This document shows, in pieces, positions 8,694 through 16,754 of a DNA stretch of 64,000 nt. The position numbers and the translations under genes were made by a program. The first letter of the stretch is position 1; each line of letters begins with the position of its first letter. The stretch spans positions 1,093 through 65,092 of the forward strand of contig JALWDZ010000026.1 in NCBI GenBank assembly GCA_027039485.1, written 5' to 3'. This DNA is from Candidatus Shapirobacteria bacterium (lineage in GTDB: Bacteria; Patescibacteriota; Microgenomatia; UBA12405; UBA6130). Below the pieces are notes generated by a model. That model saw only the letters and a list, made by a program, of their open reading frames with translations. It did no database searches and was not told where the DNA came from.

Positions 8694-9542
8694 GTGAATA
8701 ATATTCAAACTACTCTCTCCTGGCCGGAGGAAAACACTTTTGAAATAAAAGTAATTGTTCCTAAAACTCGCGTCGAAGCTGAGTATCAAAAATTGCTGGC
8801 AGCCTTTGCTAAGCAGCTAGAAAGCCACGGATTTCGAAAAGGAAAAGTGCCCCTAAAAGTTGCTGAGGAAAAAATCGGCCGGGACAAGCTTTACCAGCAA
8901 CTTAGCCACCAGCTTATCCCCCTTGTTTACAACGAAGCTATTGCTAAAGAAAATATTCAAGCCATCGGCCAACCTAAAATTGACCTCATAAAGGCTAAAG
9001 ACGGCGAAGATTGGGAATTAAAAATCACCGGTTATCGTAAACCCAAAGTAGACCTTGATAATTATCAGGAAAAAATCAAAACGTTGAATAGCCAGAGTAA
9101 AATTTGGACTCCTGAGAAGGGCGGCCAACCGGAAAAAACTGCTGCCGAGCAACAGAAGGAGAAAGAAGAAAAATTCCAAAAAATTATTGCCACCCTTTTA
9201 AATACTGTAAAAGTGCAAATCCCAGAACCGGTTATTGAGACTGAAGTTAAGCGTAAAATGGCTAATCTGATCGCTGATTTACAAAAAGCCGGCATGAGCC
9301 TAGAAGACTATGCCCAAACACAGGGCAAAAGTGTCGACCAAATTCGGCAAGAATTTCGCCAACAAGTCGAAGGGCTTATTAAGTTAGAGTTAATCTTGGA
9401 AGCCATTGCTAATCAGGAAAAAATTACCGTTAGCCAAGAAGAAATTCAACAAATTGCCAAGGGAAATCCCCAAGTTAACACCTATGTTTTAGCTCAACTA
9501 CTACGCCAGCAAAAAGTTCTTGAATACCTCAGTAGCCTGTAG
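8694..9542 (+). CDS. tig: trigger factor (short form)
   Basis: N-terminal ribosome-binding signature GFRKGKVP. Only 282 aa, i.e. no full PPIase/C-terminal arm. Confidence 0.7.
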   Translation: MNNIQTTLSWPEENTFEIKVIVPKTRVEAEYQKLLAAFAKQLESHGFRKGKVPLKVAEEKIGRDKLYQQLSHQLIPLVYNEAIAKENIQAIGQPKIDLIKAKDGEDWELKITGYRKPKVDLDNYQEKIKTLNSQSKIWTPEKGGQPEKTAAEQQKEKEEKFQKIIATLLNTVKVQIPEPVIETEVKRKMANLIADLQKAGMSLEDYAQTQGKSVDQIRQEFRQQVEGLIKLELILEAIANQEKITVSQEEIQQIAKGNPQVNTYVLAQLLRQQKVLEYLSSL

Positions 9543-9554
9543 TAAAATCTATAT

Positions 9555-10070
9555 ATGGCCCAAAAGAATAACGCTGGTCACCAGCCGGGAGGACAAAAGC
9601 AAGCCTTCCTCGAGGCTTTGGCCAAGCAACAAATGTCGCAAGAGCAACAACGTCTGGAAATTCTCCGCCGGATGGCTTTTTTACGCCAAAAAGAAACTAT
9701 AGAAAAAAAATCATCACCCAACTTGCTTTACAATGCTAGCGAGCGGCAAACTAAAGAAGAAATTGCCGCCTTGCGCCAGGAAATCAAAAAACTAGCCAAA
9801 AAGGTAGTCCATGTCCAGGCCAATATTGACCGTGCTGTTAACCAAAGAGTTAGCCAGCCCAGCCGTTACGAACTAAGCTTCTGGCAGCATCTTCATCACT
9901 GGGTGCGTCAATTAGTAGAAAAAATAGACAGCGTAGACCTTTGGTTGCAAGAATGGAATCGGCGGCGGCGTAAGAAAGGTGACTTTTGGGGTATCGTTAG
10001 CAATAAGAAGCGCGGCGGGGCCCAATTCCTTCTTTCCGCCGAGCACTATATGACCCGCTCGGCCGGTTAA
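9555..10070 (+). CDS. hypothetical coiled-coil protein
   Basis: Gln/Lys/Arg-rich helical ORF, no family recognised. Confidence 0.3.
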   Translation: MAQKNNAGHQPGGQKQAFLEALAKQQMSQEQQRLEILRRMAFLRQKETIEKKSSPNLLYNASERQTKEEIAALRQEIKKLAKKVVHVQANIDRAVNQRVSQPSRYELSFWQHLHHWVRQLVEKIDSVDLWLQEWNRRRRKKGDFWGIVSNKKRGGAQFLLSAEHYMTRSAG

Positions 10071-10091
10071 TTTGACTTTCCTTTCTAGAGT

Positions 10092-11876
10092 ATGTTTAAT
10101 AAAGCAAACATGGAGAAAGAAAAAGCAAAGAAATTAGCAATTCTGCGTCATTCATGCGAGCACTTGCTGATGCAGGCTATGTTGCGTCTGTGGCCCGGCA
10201 AAATTATTATGGCCATGGGGCCAGCAACGCAAGATGGATTTTATGCTGATTTTGAAACTCGAGGAGGATTAAAAATTACCCCAGACGATTTTCCCAAAAT
10301 AGAGGCAGAAATGCAAAAAATCGTTCAAGAAAAGTTGCCGTTCAAAAAAAGTGTTATTAGCCCCCAAAAAGCTCGGCAACTGTTTGCCGATAATCCCTAT
10401 AAACAGGAATGGATTGACGAAATCGTTCAAAAAAAAGAACCAATTACAGTTTATTATACTGGCGATGATTTTGTTGATCTCTGTCGCGGTCCCCATGTAA
10501 AAAATACCGGAGAGCTAAAATACTTCAAGCTTTTGAGCGTTGCCGGAGCGTACTGGCGGGGAAGTGAAAAGAACAAAATGCTCACCCGAATTTATGGTAC
10601 CTGTTTCCCCACAAAAAAAGAGCTAGAAGCCTACCTTAAACAGCGCGAAGAAGCCCAAAAGCGCGACCATCGACGCTTAGGGGAAGAGCTTGACCTTTTT
10701 CTTATCGACGAAACAGTCGGTCCCGGATTGATTCTCTGGCAGCCCAGGGGAGCGATGCTGCGCAAAATTATTATGGATTTTGCCCTCGATACCTATTTGA
10801 AACATGGTTACCAACTCGTTTTTACCCCCCATATTGCCCGCATTAAACTCTGGCAACAATCTGGCCATTGGGATTTTTACCGTGACTCTATGTTTGCTCC
10901 TTTTAAGGCCGAGAATCAGCGTTATAGCTTAAAGCCGATGAATTGCCCTTTCCATGTCAAAATCTACAATCACAAAATAAGAAGTTATCGCGATTTGCCC
11001 CTGCGTTACACTGAAATGGGTACTGTTTATCGTTTTGAAAAAAGCGGCGTGCTCCACGGTTTAACTCGCGTCCGCGGCTTTACCCAGGATGATGCCCATA
11101 TTATCTGCCGCCGTGATCAGCTCGAAAACGAAATCCAGCAGGCTCTTAAACTAACTGTCTACATGCTTAAGACTTTTGGCTTTCGCCAGTTTAAGGTTAA
11201 GCTAAGCACTCGAGACCCTAAAAACAAAGGGAAATTTATTGGCAACGATAAAGACTGGGAACTAGCCGAAAAATTTCTCCGCCAGGCACTGCAAAAAGAA
11301 AAAATAGTCTCTTTGGAAGAGGACCGCGGTGGGGCTGCCTTCTATGGCCCTAAAATCGATGTGGTTGTTAATGATGCCATCGGCCGCGAATGGCAGCTTT
11401 CCACTATCCAGCTTGATTTTAACCTCCCAGCCCGTTTCCAAATGCGTTACACCGACCAGCACGGCCAGGCCCAACAACCGTTTATGATTCACCGAGCCCT
11501 TCTTGGCTCTTTGGAACGATTCATCGGTATTTTAATCGAGCATTATGGAGGAGCTTTTCCGCCTTGGTTAGCCCCCGTTCAGGTTAGCATTTTACCAATT
11601 ACCAAAAACGAGATCGCTTTAGCCGAGAAAATAGCTCTCCGGCTAAAGCAAGCAGGGTTGCGCTACGAAATTGCTGCTAGTAACCAAACATTGAGCTATC
11701 GGTTGCGTCAGGCAGAATTACAAAAAATCCCTTACTTGCTCATCTTGGGGGCCAAAGAGGCCAAAGCAAACAAAGTGGTTTTCCGTCGTCGGGGGAGCAA
11801 AGAGCAAAAAACTCTTTCCCTAGAAAACTTTTTGGCTACTGTTAATGAAGAAATTGCCAAAAAAAAGCTTCTGTGA
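10092..11876 (+). CDS. thrS: threonine--tRNA ligase
   Basis: Editing/TGS-less N-terminus with CRGPH, class II core MNCPFH, FYGPKID, anticodon-binding C-terminus. Confidence 0.9.
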   Translation: MFNKANMEKEKAKKLAILRHSCEHLLMQAMLRLWPGKIIMAMGPATQDGFYADFETRGGLKITPDDFPKIEAEMQKIVQEKLPFKKSVISPQKARQLFADNPYKQEWIDEIVQKKEPITVYYTGDDFVDLCRGPHVKNTGELKYFKLLSVAGAYWRGSEKNKMLTRIYGTCFPTKKELEAYLKQREEAQKRDHRRLGEELDLFLIDETVGPGLILWQPRGAMLRKIIMDFALDTYLKHGYQLVFTPHIARIKLWQQSGHWDFYRDSMFAPFKAENQRYSLKPMNCPFHVKIYNHKIRSYRDLPLRYTEMGTVYRFEKSGVLHGLTRVRGFTQDDAHIICRRDQLENEIQQALKLTVYMLKTFGFRQFKVKLSTRDPKNKGKFIGNDKDWELAEKFLRQALQKEKIVSLEEDRGGAAFYGPKIDVVVNDAIGREWQLSTIQLDFNLPARFQMRYTDQHGQAQQPFMIHRALLGSLERFIGILIEHYGGAFPPWLAPVQVSILPITKNEIALAEKIALRLKQAGLRYEIAASNQTLSYRLRQAELQKIPYLLILGAKEAKANKVVFRRRGSKEQKTLSLENFLATVNEEIAKKKLL

Positions 11877-11897
11877 TATAGTAAGGAGCAGCTGTCC

Positions 11898-12446
11898 GTG
11901 AGAAAACAAACAAAGACTATTTTTTATCGAGTAAATTGGCAAATTAGAGCGTCACCAATTCGCGTTATTGACAGTCAGGGAAAACAATTGGGAGTTTTGC
12001 CCCTCGGTGAGGCTCGGGCTTTAGCCCAGAAAGAGGGATTAGATTTGGTAGAAATAGCCCCCCGAGCCAAACCGCCGGTAGTAAAACTCATCGATTATGC
12101 TAAATTCAAGTATCAAGAACAGAAAAAGAGGCGCCAAGAGCATAAAAAACAAAAACGGGGAGAAGTAAAAGAGTTTCGCTTTTCCCCATTTGTCGAAGAA
12201 ACGGATGCCATTAGAAGGTTACAGCGAGCTAAAAAATTTAGCCGCGAGGGAAAAAGATTAAAAATTACCATCCGTTTCCGAGGCCGGCAATTTACCCGGC
12301 AGCAATTTGGTTATGATTTAATCGATAAAATTGCTAAAATTTTAGAAGAAGATTATCAAATAGAAGATAAGCCAAAAATTATAGGAAAACGATTAGTAGC
12401 TTTTTTCAAACCTAAAAAACATGAAGAAGAAAAAGCAGAAAACTAA
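11898..12446 (+). CDS. infC: translation initiation factor IF-3 (GTG start)
   Basis: INWQIRASPIRVIDSQGKQLGV and C-terminal IF3 domain. AAGGAG SD sits 9 nt upstream of the GTG. Confidence 0.85.
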   Translation: MRKQTKTIFYRVNWQIRASPIRVIDSQGKQLGVLPLGEARALAQKEGLDLVEIAPRAKPPVVKLIDYAKFKYQEQKKRRQEHKKQKRGEVKEFRFSPFVEETDAIRRLQRAKKFSREGKRLKITIRFRGRQFTRQQFGYDLIDKIAKILEEDYQIEDKPKIIGKRLVAFFKPKKHEEEKAEN

Positions 12447-12630
12447 AAAAGCGCTTTTGAAACGTTTTCGGATTACTCCGAGCGGTAAAGTTCTGCGCCT
12501 TCATAGCGGAAGCCGCCATCTGCGGCGTAAGAAAAGCCGCCAACAGAAAAGGCGTTTGAAAAAACCAGTTGAAGTAAAGGGTCGCCTGGCCATAAAAATT
12601 AAGAAATTATTAGGGAAAACTAAAAAATGA
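12421..12630 (+). CDS. rpmI: 50S ribosomal protein L35
   Basis: MKKKKQKTKKALLKRFRITPSGKVLR... typical L35. Position between infC and rplT. Confidence 0.85.
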   Translation: MKKKKQKTKKALLKRFRITPSGKVLRLHSGSRHLRRKKSRQQKRRLKKPVEVKGRLAIKIKKLLGKTKK

Positions 12631-13007
12631 GAACTAAAACTGGCTACACGCGCCACCGGCGCCACCAAAAAGTTTTAAAACAAACTAAAGGCTATCGCAT
12701 GACCCGTCACCGGCTTTTTAAGGTAGCCCACGAGGCTCTACTCCACGCCGGGCAATATGCATTTGCCGGCCGCAAAAAAAGAAAGCGCGATTTACGCCGC
12801 CTGTGGATTATGCGTTTAAATGCCGCCTTGCGCCAGGAAAAACTGACCTACTCCCATTTTATCCATCTCCTTAAAGAAAAAGGCATTCTTTTGAACAGAA
12901 AAATATTAGCCGAGCTGGCTACCCGCGAGCCTGAGAAATTTAAAACACTAATCCAGAAGATCGTCGCCTTGCCAACTTCTAGGGCTGAGGAGAAGCGGCC
13001 GCACTAG
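12627..13007 (+). CDS. rplT: 50S ribosomal protein L20
   Basis: MRTKTGYTRHRRHQKVLKQTKGY... typical L20. Confidence 0.9.
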   Translation: MRTKTGYTRHRRHQKVLKQTKGYRMTRHRLFKVAHEALLHAGQYAFAGRKKRKRDLRRLWIMRLNAALRQEKLTYSHFIHLLKEKGILLNRKILAELATREPEKFKTLIQKIVALPTSRAEEKRPH

Positions 13008-15579
13008 CCGTAGGCACCGGTGAAGGTGTTGGCGAAGGGATAAAATTCCAAGGTTCATTCACGCCGATATGAATTGTAGTCTGAACCCTCTGCCCTTTAT
13101 TATCCTCAGCCTCGGCCTTGAGGAGATAGGTGCCATCTTCTAGGCTAATTGTTTTTTCATAAGGCAAGCTCAAAAAACGGGCAACTTCTAAATCATTAGC
13201 CCAAACTTTAATTTCTTTAATGCCAGCTAAGCTTTGGGCTCTTAGCTTAAGGAGAAAACTGTTGCCCAATGTTGTTTTGTCAGCCGGATTTACAAATTGA
13301 ACCGCTAGCGGATTGCCCTGGCAATAATCATGGGGGGGATGATAACGCGGGTCTTTTTGAGTAGCTAGCCAGTTCAAAATGCCTTCCTGCCAACGATTTT
13401 TACCGTCCTTAGACACCGGGTCTTCTTCTTTGAAAATAAAAAATTCCTTTTCAACATAATCGCCGGCAGCAATTTGTCCCGGGGTAGCTAGCTTGTTCTC
13501 TTCGCGGCAAATTTTAAGCTTAACATGAATTGGATCTTTGCCTGTCGGTTCCGTTCCTTTAACAAAATATTCTTGGCGGGAAGGAAAACCGTCATGAGCA
13601 GGATAACCAGAAACAATGTCTACTCCCATTTGGTGTACACTCTCAGGCTTTTGAATAGGTTGATAGCCATATTTTTTCAAGGCTGCTAGCATAATCCGCC
13701 GCCAAATTGGCGTTGCCCCGGAAATACCTGAAGCAACCCGCTTCATGGGGCTATTATCGTTATTACCAACCCAAACCGCAACCAAAATATTACCTGTCCA
13801 GCCAATAGCCCAATTATCACGCTTATCATTAGTGGTACCTGTTTTAACAGCCACCCGCCGGCCAGGAATATAAAGGCCACTATGAGGTCCGAAACTGATT
13901 AGTCGTGCCTTATCGTCGGCCAAAATATCACTAATAATAAAGGCTACTCCTGGAGAAAACACTTGCTGACCGGCAGCAGGGCGGAAACGGAAGAGGGTTT
14001 TGCCATTGCGATCCTTCACCTGCAGAATGCTAACTGGCTTTTCTACCTTACCCTGATTAGCAAAAGCAGTATAAGCGCTAGCTAGATCGATCATTCGCAC
14101 TTCACCACCACCTAAAGTTACCGAAAGCCCAAAGCGGCGAAGGTTCTCCGGTGTTGGCGCTAGAGTGTGCAAGCCCATTTGATCCGCTTTGGCCAACATA
14201 TTTTTTATGCCCACCAAGGCAAGCATCTTGACAGCTGGCACATTGATCGAGTTGCCTAAGGCATAGCGCAATTGCAATGGCCCATGATACTTGCCGTCGT
14301 AATTAACAGGGATATAGTCGGGCTGCCCCGGCGATGAAGACGGGAAAACGGTTTTAACATCCATTATCAGTGTCGCCGCCGTGTAACCTTTCTCTAAAGC
14401 CAGGCCGTAAGTCACCGGTTTTATCGCCGACCCTGGCTGGCGCAAAGCTTGGGTAACTACATTAAATTTACCGTCAATATCCTTAGCAAAATAATCTTTA
14501 GAGCCCACCATTGCCAAAACATCGCCCCGGCGCGGGTCAACTACTACCGCACCCGCATTGGTAATATGGAGATTTTTTACTTTAGCAAGCTCTTCTTTGA
14601 CAATTTTTTCCGCCTCTTGCTGCAAATCTTCATCCAAGCTTGTTTCTACCTCTAGGCCTCCTTGCTCTACCACCGAAGTGCCGTAAAGTTTCTCTAGCTG
14701 CTGCTTAACCCAAAAAACGAAATGGGGCGCCTCAATGGCTGCTGTTTGGGGAGCAAAATACATTTTAGCTAACTCCGCCTGGGCAGCCTTTTCAGTTTCA
14801 GCATCAATATAGCCGTCTTCCCGCATCCGTCGCAAAACTGCTTTTGTCCGAGCAATATAAGCTCGCGGATGGGCACCATAAGGCGAATAATAAGAAGGGC
14901 GCTGAGGCAAACCGGCCAAAAAAGCCGCCTCTACTAAATTTAAGTCGCCAACCTTCTTGCGGAAATATTCTTCCGCCGCGGCACCCACTCCCCAGGCATT
15001 CCCCCCATATGGCGCCTCGTTTAAATACATCAAGAGAATTTGGTCTTTAGAATATTTTTTCTCAGTTTGCAAAGCCAAAATAAATTCTTTAATTTTTCTG
15101 GTTAAAGTCCGTCGTGGACTTAAAAGAACTACTTTTACCAACTGTTGTGTTAAAGTGGAACCCCCTTCTAAGCGGTGGTGGAAAATAATATTATACATAG
15201 CTCGCAAAATACCCCGCCAACTGAAGCCAGGGTGAGAATAAAAATTTTTGTCCTCAATTGATATTGTGGCCCATTTTAAATAATCAGGAACTTCTTCCCA
15301 TTTAACCGGTGTTCGCTTGGCCTGGTGATAAACATCATAAAGCAAATGGTGATTGCGGTCATAGATGCGGGTGGCAAACCCCTCACGGCGCACTAAGCGG
15401 GTTGGCGAGGGCAAGTCGCGGGCTGTCCAAGCAAAAACTGCCAATCCACCAATTATGCCTATTATCATGAAAATAAAAGCAGCTAGGGAAAGGTAAAACG
15501 CTAAGCGAGCCTTATTTACTTTGGTTTGTGAGCGGCGCCAAGAAGAACGCCCTCCGGCACTAAGATGAAATGACAACAT
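12979..15579 (-). CDS. mrcA: penicillin-binding protein 1A (bifunctional transglycosylase/transpeptidase) with C-terminal extension
   Basis: N-terminal TM, GT51 motifs (EDKNFYSHPG, RQGGSTLTQQLVK), transpeptidase SxxK (GSAIKP) and KTGTT. About 200 aa extra C-terminal domain plus a Pro/Ser tail. Confidence 0.85.
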   Translation of the reverse strand: MLSFHLSAGGRSSWRRSQTKVNKARLAFYLSLAAFIFMIIGIIGGLAVFAWTARDLPSPTRLVRREGFATRIYDRNHHLLYDVYHQAKRTPVKWEEVPDYLKWATISIEDKNFYSHPGFSWRGILRAMYNIIFHHRLEGGSTLTQQLVKVVLLSPRRTLTRKIKEFILALQTEKKYSKDQILLMYLNEAPYGGNAWGVGAAAEEYFRKKVGDLNLVEAAFLAGLPQRPSYYSPYGAHPRAYIARTKAVLRRMREDGYIDAETEKAAQAELAKMYFAPQTAAIEAPHFVFWVKQQLEKLYGTSVVEQGGLEVETSLDEDLQQEAEKIVKEELAKVKNLHITNAGAVVVDPRRGDVLAMVGSKDYFAKDIDGKFNVVTQALRQPGSAIKPVTYGLALEKGYTAATLIMDVKTVFPSSSPGQPDYIPVNYDGKYHGPLQLRYALGNSINVPAVKMLALVGIKNMLAKADQMGLHTLAPTPENLRRFGLSVTLGGGEVRMIDLASAYTAFANQGKVEKPVSILQVKDRNGKTLFRFRPAAGQQVFSPGVAFIISDILADDKARLISFGPHSGLYIPGRRVAVKTGTTNDKRDNWAIGWTGNILVAVWVGNNDNSPMKRVASGISGATPIWRRIMLAALKKYGYQPIQKPESVHQMGVDIVSGYPAHDGFPSRQEYFVKGTEPTGKDPIHVKLKICREENKLATPGQIAAGDYVEKEFFIFKEEDPVSKDGKNRWQEGILNWLATQKDPRYHPPHDYCQGNPLAVQFVNPADKTTLGNSFLLKLRAQSLAGIKEIKVWANDLEVARFLSLPYEKTISLEDGTYLLKAEAEDNKGQRVQTTIHIGVNEPWNFIPSPTPSPVPTASAAASPQP

Positions 15580-15597
15580 AAGACATTATAACAAGAA

Positions 15598-15800
15598 AGG
15601 GGAGACAAACAAATCATAATTACCAAAATCCTAAATTCTAAACTCTAAACAATGTTCAAATGACCAAAATTCAAATGTTCAAAACATCTTTGTCATCTTT
15701 CTTTTGTTTTGGTCATTTAATCATTGGGTAATTGTTTAGGATTTGGGTCATTAGGATTTAGGATTTGTTATTCCTAGTTTCATTTTTCATTTTTCGCTTT
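15598..15800. repeat. nested-palindrome MITE/REPIN-like element, short copy without core
   Basis: Left arm caaatcataattaccaaaatcctaaa...ttcaaatgttcaaaaca is the inverted complement of right arm tgttttggtcattt...ggatttaggatttg. Same family as the copies at 19.6, 33.5, 56.9 and 58.2 kb. Confidence 0.8.
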
Positions 15801-15820
15801 TTTGTGTATAATTGAGACGC

Positions 15821-15904
15821 CCAGGGGTGGCAGAGTGGTCAATTGCAACGGTCTGTAAAACCGTCGGGTTTATCCCTGCGGAGGTTCGAATCCTCCCCCC
15901 TGGA
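15821..15904 (+). tRNA. tRNA-Tyr (anticodon GTA), type II
   Basis: Acceptor CCAGGGG/CCCCTGG, anticodon stem ACGGT/ACCGT loop CTGTAAA, long variable arm, T-loop GGTTCGAATCC. Confidence 0.75.
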
Positions 15905-15930
15905 CCGAGGTTAATTTTTTTAAAAAAATT

Positions 15931-16104
15931 ATGGCAAGAAAAAGCAATCGTATTGTAGTTGGCCTAGTTTGCACTGTCTGTGGGTCTTTTAATTACATCA
16001 GCGAACGCAATAAGGTCAATACCAATGAAAAATTGACCATCAAAAAATATTGCCCCCATTGCCGTCGCCACACTCTCCATAAAGAAACGCAAAAATTTAA
16101 ATAA
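15931..16104 (+). CDS. rpmG: 50S ribosomal protein L33 (57 aa; below the ORF-track cutoff)
   Basis: Manual translation MARKSNRIVVGLVCTVCGSFNYISERNKVNTNEKLTIKKYCPHCRRHTLHKETQKFK, with the CxxC...CxxC L33 zinc ribbon. Confidence 0.8.
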   Translation: MARKSNRIVVGLVCTVCGSFNYISERNKVNTNEKLTIKKYCPHCRRHTLHKETQKFK

Positions 16105-16109
16105 GGCCC

Positions 16110-16754
16110 ATGGCTAACATTCTCGCTATCCTTGTCCACTTAATTACCGGGGCAATCAACCGCTTTGGCTACGGGGGCATTATCCTGGCAATGGCCATTG
16201 AGTCTGCCTCGATCCCTTTGCCGTCAGAGGTCATCATGCCCTTCGCCGGCTTTCTAGTTAGTCAACAGCAGTTAGCATTTTGGCCGACCGTTATCGCCGG
16301 AGCTTTAGGCTGCCTCATCGGTTCACTCGCCAGTTGGTTAATCGGCTGGCAATTAGGAGAAGAGCTTTTGCGCCAGCTTATCCGCCGTTATGGCCGTTTC
16401 CTGTTGATTTTTGAATACGAATTAGACGACGCCATCCGAATTTTCCGCCGTTATGGCAATCCCGTCATCTTTTTCTCACGCCTTTTGCCAGTAATCCGAA
16501 CTTTTATCTCCCTTCCCGCCGGGATCGCCCAAATGCCCCTAGGAACATTTAGCCTCTATACATTTTTGGGTTCTTTTTTCTGGACTCTTCTTCTCACCTG
16601 GTTAGGAGTGCGCCTAGGGCAAAATTGGCCCCAATTGGGTGTTTGGTTTCACCGTTTTGACATATTTATTGGACTTGGTCTTCTATTCTTGATTATTTGG
16701 TATCCTTGGCACAAAATTCGCCGCCAGAAACATTATCAAGCCCGAAAAAGCTAA
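16110..16754 (+). CDS. DedA/VTT-family membrane protein
   Basis: Multi-TM protein with the FFSRLLPVIRTFISLPAG DedA signature. Confidence 0.65.
   Translation: MANILAILVHLITGAINRFGYGGIILAMAIESASIPLPSEVIMPFAGFLVSQQQLAFWPTVIAGALGCLIGSLASWLIGWQLGEELLRQLIRRYGRFLLIFEYELDDAIRIFRRYGNPVIFFSRLLPVIRTFISLPAGIAQMPLGTFSLYTFLGSFFWTLLLTWLGVRLGQNWPQLGVWFHRFDIFIGLGLLFLIIWYPWHKIRRQKHYQARKS

Noticed and set aside
9520-9702. ORF 9520..9702 overlapping the tig end and the hypothetical start
   Set aside because: Short, out of frame with both better-supported neighbours, and no features.
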